Below are positions 61,801 to 64,000 of a stretch of 64,000 nucleotides of DNA, piece after piece. Positions within the stretch are counted from its first letter, which is position 1, and each line of letters starts with the position of its first letter. The translations under genes were made by a program, and so were the position numbers. The DNA comes from Owenia fusiformis (Eukaryota), in assembly GCA_903813345.2 (NCBI GenBank), contig CAIIXF020000001.1, forward strand, positions 38,564,001 to 38,628,000, written 5' to 3'. The notes under the pieces are model-generated. The model was not told the DNA's origin. It made no database searches and was given only the letters and a program-made list of their open reading frames with translations.

Positions 61801-63195
61801 CCAATATAGTGCTGTCTCTTCATCCCGAGCTTCCAATGTGAACACCTTCTCTGGTGTACTGCAAGGATAATTTCCTCACATTTCAAGAATCTGCTTTTAA
61901 GAAAATAATTGAAATCAATGTCATCTTTTAATATTTTTTTTAGTATACCACTTTCATTATTTTTCTACAATAGAGACATACTGTATCATTACTCCAATTA
62001 TTATTTGAACCTTAAATTTCACTGTCAATTTACTTTGTTTGAAAAAACATAAGCCAATTGCAAGAATCTGTTCCACTGGGGATCAACTGGAAATGAAGAC
62101 ATGATGTCTTCATTTTAGCATGGCCAGACTTCCAATTGATAATAATATTTCTTTTCTTGATTTTATTATCTTCACACTTCAAATTTCAACTATATATTTG
62201 GCCTGTATGGTGTGTAGGTTCTGGTTTCAAAAGATGGTTATACCTAAGAAATTCATAAGTAATTGTTTGGATAATTACAGAACAATCCCTCGCTTAGGAA
62301 ACCAAGATAGTTTCACAGAGAAACTAAGACAGTGCACAGGTTTCTGAAGCATGAAATGAAGACAGCACATTTTAATAATATCTGAATGTACTAAGTAAAG
62401 GGTTAGAATGCAGAGCCACAAAAAGAGTGTAGACTTCTCTAGTCTGAAAATCTTTTGAAATTTGTAAGGAATTATTCAGACTCACTGTTTAAATTTAGGA
62501 TTGAAAAATATTTGTTTACACAAGGAGTGCGATTCCAAATAGCCGATGGAGTAAATTAATTTGCATATTTGTTACTTCTCCTAGCTTTATTTCCATTTGA
62601 CAACATGTTATATTACTTTTATAGCATTCAATTGTACCTCACTAAATTGAATTGTTGTAATGTTTATTTCTGGGAGGCAAAGCTTCCTAAAATTGATAGC
62701 TTTGTGCACAAGGTTTTTTCAAAGGAGGGACATGATGATCAATAGACCGAATTCTCAAGATATTCGGTCTATTGGAAGTAAGCCTGAGTGAAACAATATG
62801 CTTTTTTACCTGATGTCAAACAGTCCAGGTTTATCTAGATTCATCTGGGGATTCAGATTAAATACAGCATTACTGATGTCAATGTCGCCAATAGGAACGA
62901 GATCATTTGGAGAATTGTAACATACCAGCTTACAAGAGTTATAGGAAAAAGCAAACCATCTTGTTTTGAAACTTTTGTTGACAAGTCCTTTTTCAAATTT
63001 ATTCAAAAATCCACATAATTTTTGTGTTTGTAGTCGTATATTCCGTTCCGCCTCTAAAATATCTGCAGCGTTGATAAATTCATAATCTAATGATCCCAAA
63101 GAAACATTGGTTTGTGTTTTTGTGCTGTCATTGAGCTGTATGAGCGGTTGATCAGAATAAAATGTTGACGATTTTCCAATTCCTACTTCCGCCAT
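31848..63195 (-). CDS. TBC1D2B: TBC1 domain family member 2/2B-like Rab-GAP (PH + coiled coil + TBC; 20 coding exons, ~949 aa)
   Basis: Exons (-): 63195-62810, 61858-61723, 49480-49267, 48700-48555, 47886-47759, 46835-46704, 46092-45969, 45174-45016, 44130-44024, 43738-43653, 39785-39686, 39291-39174, 37598-37453, 37027-36916, 36570-36439, 36111-35974, 35581-35405, 35145-35011, 34815-34738, 31943-31848. GT-AG with consistent phases; total 2850 nt. PH domain KLCGFLNK..FKTRWF..YWIQELQ; coiled coil GYEMQNKLLNKELLEL; EYDDYGF; TBC catalytic motifs IELDLLRTLP and GYCQGLNR; FTFNWFL..RIWDAFLYEGSKVLFRFALAFFKYKE; AFNELNPFP. The exon 5 acceptor is ambiguous (see findings). An invertebrate gene is probably co-orthologous to TBC1D2 and TBC1D2B. 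Confidence 0.93.
32431..34642. mobile_element. 2.2-kb non-autonomous TIR element with 4-bp TSD and bipartite inverted repeats
   Basis: 26-bp TIR cgtcgcatgagaataactttgtacta; TSD ATGT; a second ~170-bp inverted pair at 32666-32837 / 34308-34477. Confidence 0.82.
35802..35967. mobile_element. MITE family A, degenerate copy abutting the exon 16 donor
   Basis: ccagcccgtagccagaatt...ccggctac; ends about 6 nt from gtgagt. Confidence 0.75.
37301..37426. mobile_element. Small PIF/Harbinger-like MITE
   Basis: agccttagtcacatttgctctacg / cgtagatcaaatatgactgaggca. Confidence 0.6.
37707..38192. mobile_element. MITE with ~95-bp TIRs (TTAA-site, Kolobok-like)
   Basis: ttaa|agcatcaccccatgcagacaaatcac... 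/ ...gtgatctgtctgcatggggtgaagca|ttga. Confidence 0.7.
39989..40766 (-). CDS. Putative alternative first coding exon of the TBC1D2B-like gene (259 codons + 1 nt)
   Basis: Non-repetitive ORF in intron 10 ending AAT G|gttagt. This phase-1 donor matches the phase-1 acceptor of exon 11 at 39785. Confidence 0.7.
41420..42360. repeat. 51-bp minisatellite (~13 well-conserved units with degenerate flanks)
   Basis: Unit aatataacaggctctaacagaatttgtcctatccaatatatcaggctctgc. Confidence 0.95.
43445..43622. mobile_element. MITE family A, reverse partial copy
   Basis: Reverse complement of the family A body, ending ctggctactggcctg. Confidence 0.8.
44395..44603. mobile_element. MITE family A, full copy
   Basis: Same TIR and body as 669-873; TSD GTTGT on both sides. 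Confidence 0.88.
44910..44936. mobile_element. 27-nt TIR-only remnant with 7-bp TSD (same family as 1745-1774)
   Basis: GTTTGGG-catgggctttcaacttgaaaccccatg-GTTTGGG. Confidence 0.75.
46388..46569. mobile_element. Small MITE
   Basis: cattttctagcgagaaatcaaaacggcg / cgccattttgatttctcgccagaaaatg. Confidence 0.6.
46980..47496. mobile_element. Transib-like MITE (CAC termini, 5-bp TSD)
   Basis: AGAAT-cacaccggaatagcctgacaa...ttgtcaggctattccggtgtg-AGAAT. Confidence 0.8.
47861..48400 (-). repeat. 33-bp minisatellite (~16 copies) spanning the TBC1D2B-like exon 5 acceptor
   Basis: Minus-strand unit ttacag|ctacagtcatatgttacatcattgaac. Confidence 0.95.
50030..52995. repeat. 203-bp satellite array (~14-15 units)
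   Basis: Repeated ttttgtcaagttgttcagttttgatatgaaacatgactggtataaagtttatacacc with 203-bp period. Confidence 0.95.
54030..54405. mobile_element. Two degenerate family A-related MITE fragments in opposite orientations
   Basis: caggtccatagccaggatttgcc...poly-G, followed by poly-C...gtctacggcccg. Confidence 0.65.
54980..59605. mobile_element. 4.6-kb Foldback-type element with ~90-bp tandem repeats in both arms
   Basis: Outer IR tgtcaagatatagggacagaaaatattgacattttaaaagtaccg; oppositely oriented ~90-bp arrays (55100-55790 vs 57550-59470); inner IR 55796-55980 / 57365-57548; flanked by AGGTGGTAG on both sides. Confidence 0.85.
59850..61517. mobile_element. 1.67-kb non-autonomous TIR element, perfect 51-bp TIR, 6-bp TSD
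   Basis: ATATTT-cacgggggataagcaaaacgagggcgaagccacggactgcgactcgcgtaa...reverse complement-ATATTT. Confidence 0.88.
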
Positions 63196-63236
63196 GTTGT
63201 CTGCAAGCTTGTAGATCACATGGGGGATCACGTGAC
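63188..63236 (-). promoter_or_regulatory. TISU-like start context plus two E-box/CLEAR-like motifs upstream of the TBC1D2B-like ATG
   Basis: On -, CAACATGGCGGA (63199-63188). On +, TCACATG at 63216-63222 and ATCACGTGAC at 63227-63236. Confidence 0.5.
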
Positions 63237-63476
63237 CAACACTTTCAAATCTTCGAGGAGGGGGAATACCCCAGAATTCAAACGAACCAATTTTGTATCC
63301 TCTAAGGTTCCTCTTTACATGGAGAGGTTCATCTCATTCTCATCAATAAAAAAATGTCTCAATGGATAGCAAAGTATGTTTTAACAGGATAACGACACAT
63401 GGTCCAAGATGTGACAAATTAAAACTGACTAGGCCTATCTTACTTCCTGCGAAAGCTATTTGGATTTTGATATAAT

Positions 63477-63998
63477 AGCTTTCCCACGGAGCATTTGGAC
63501 AGCTCAATTATCGTGACCTTTGAAATCGAATTAAGTCGATCCGCGGCTTACTTTTGGTCTCTAACTGTGTCTTACATCAGTATCATCAATCTGTGTAAGT
63601 ATTGGAGCGCTGGAGTACTTCTTTTTCGATCAAGACTTGTAATTGTTAGTCGAGGGAATCGTTTTACTGCCAAATTCCAATATGGCGGTTTCTGCTCGGA
63701 CATTTTCGTAAATCTCCGGAGGTTGTCCGAACCTAACTAATTCTCAAAATTCATTTCGTTCGTTGCGTATCTCGCACCTAGCAAACCGCCATATTGGAAA
63801 TAGGTCTGTAAAACTTTAACTCGATGAACAATTTACAAGTCTTGATCGAAAAAGAAGTACTCCAGCGCTCCAATACTTACACGGATTGATGATACTGATG
63901 TAAGACACAGTTAGAGACCAAAAGTAAGCCGCGGATCGACTTAATTCAATTTCAAAGGTCACTATTGATCAGCTGTTCACTTCTCCGTTTGAGAGCCA
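63477..63998. mobile_element. Near-palindromic MITE in the TBC1D2B-like promoter
   Basis: ~220-bp arms (63477-63700 vs 63777-63998) with a highly identical core. Confidence 0.85.
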
Positions 63999-64000
63999 TA

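Noticed and set aside
62740..62773. Short hairpin caatagaccgaat...attcggtctattg as another P-like footprint
   Set aside because: No flanking TSD, so it is left as an unassigned palindrome.

Overview
AT-rich animal (probably marine invertebrate) genomic DNA with two convergent spliced genes. eIF4B lies on + (17 coding exons, 5387-21299, ~786 aa). A TBC1D2/TBC1D2B-like PH + coiled-coil + Rab-GAP gene lies on - (20 coding exons, 63195-31848, ~949 aa). Both exon chains were reconstructed by hand with consistent GT-AG phases. Between them are an intronless, apparently internally deleted CRT-like transporter ORF, an intron-containing tRNA-Phe(GAA) gene and a deleted long-TIR mariner. Introns and spacers hold many non-autonomous DNA transposons (MITEs, Helentron-type HINEs, foldback elements) and tandem repeats. 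Main points of interest: (1) a 259-codon intronic ORF ending in a phase-matched donor, which predicts an alternative TBC1D2 first exon; (2) a 33-bp tandem array made of copies of a TBC1D2 splice acceptor, giving many in-frame acceptors; (3) a canonical intron in an animal tRNA-Phe; (4) a 10-kb P-element-like nested composite with a 7-bp TSD, plus three tiny 7-bp-TSD hairpins that look like P-type excision scars. No database searches were run, and all family assignments come from motif recognition.
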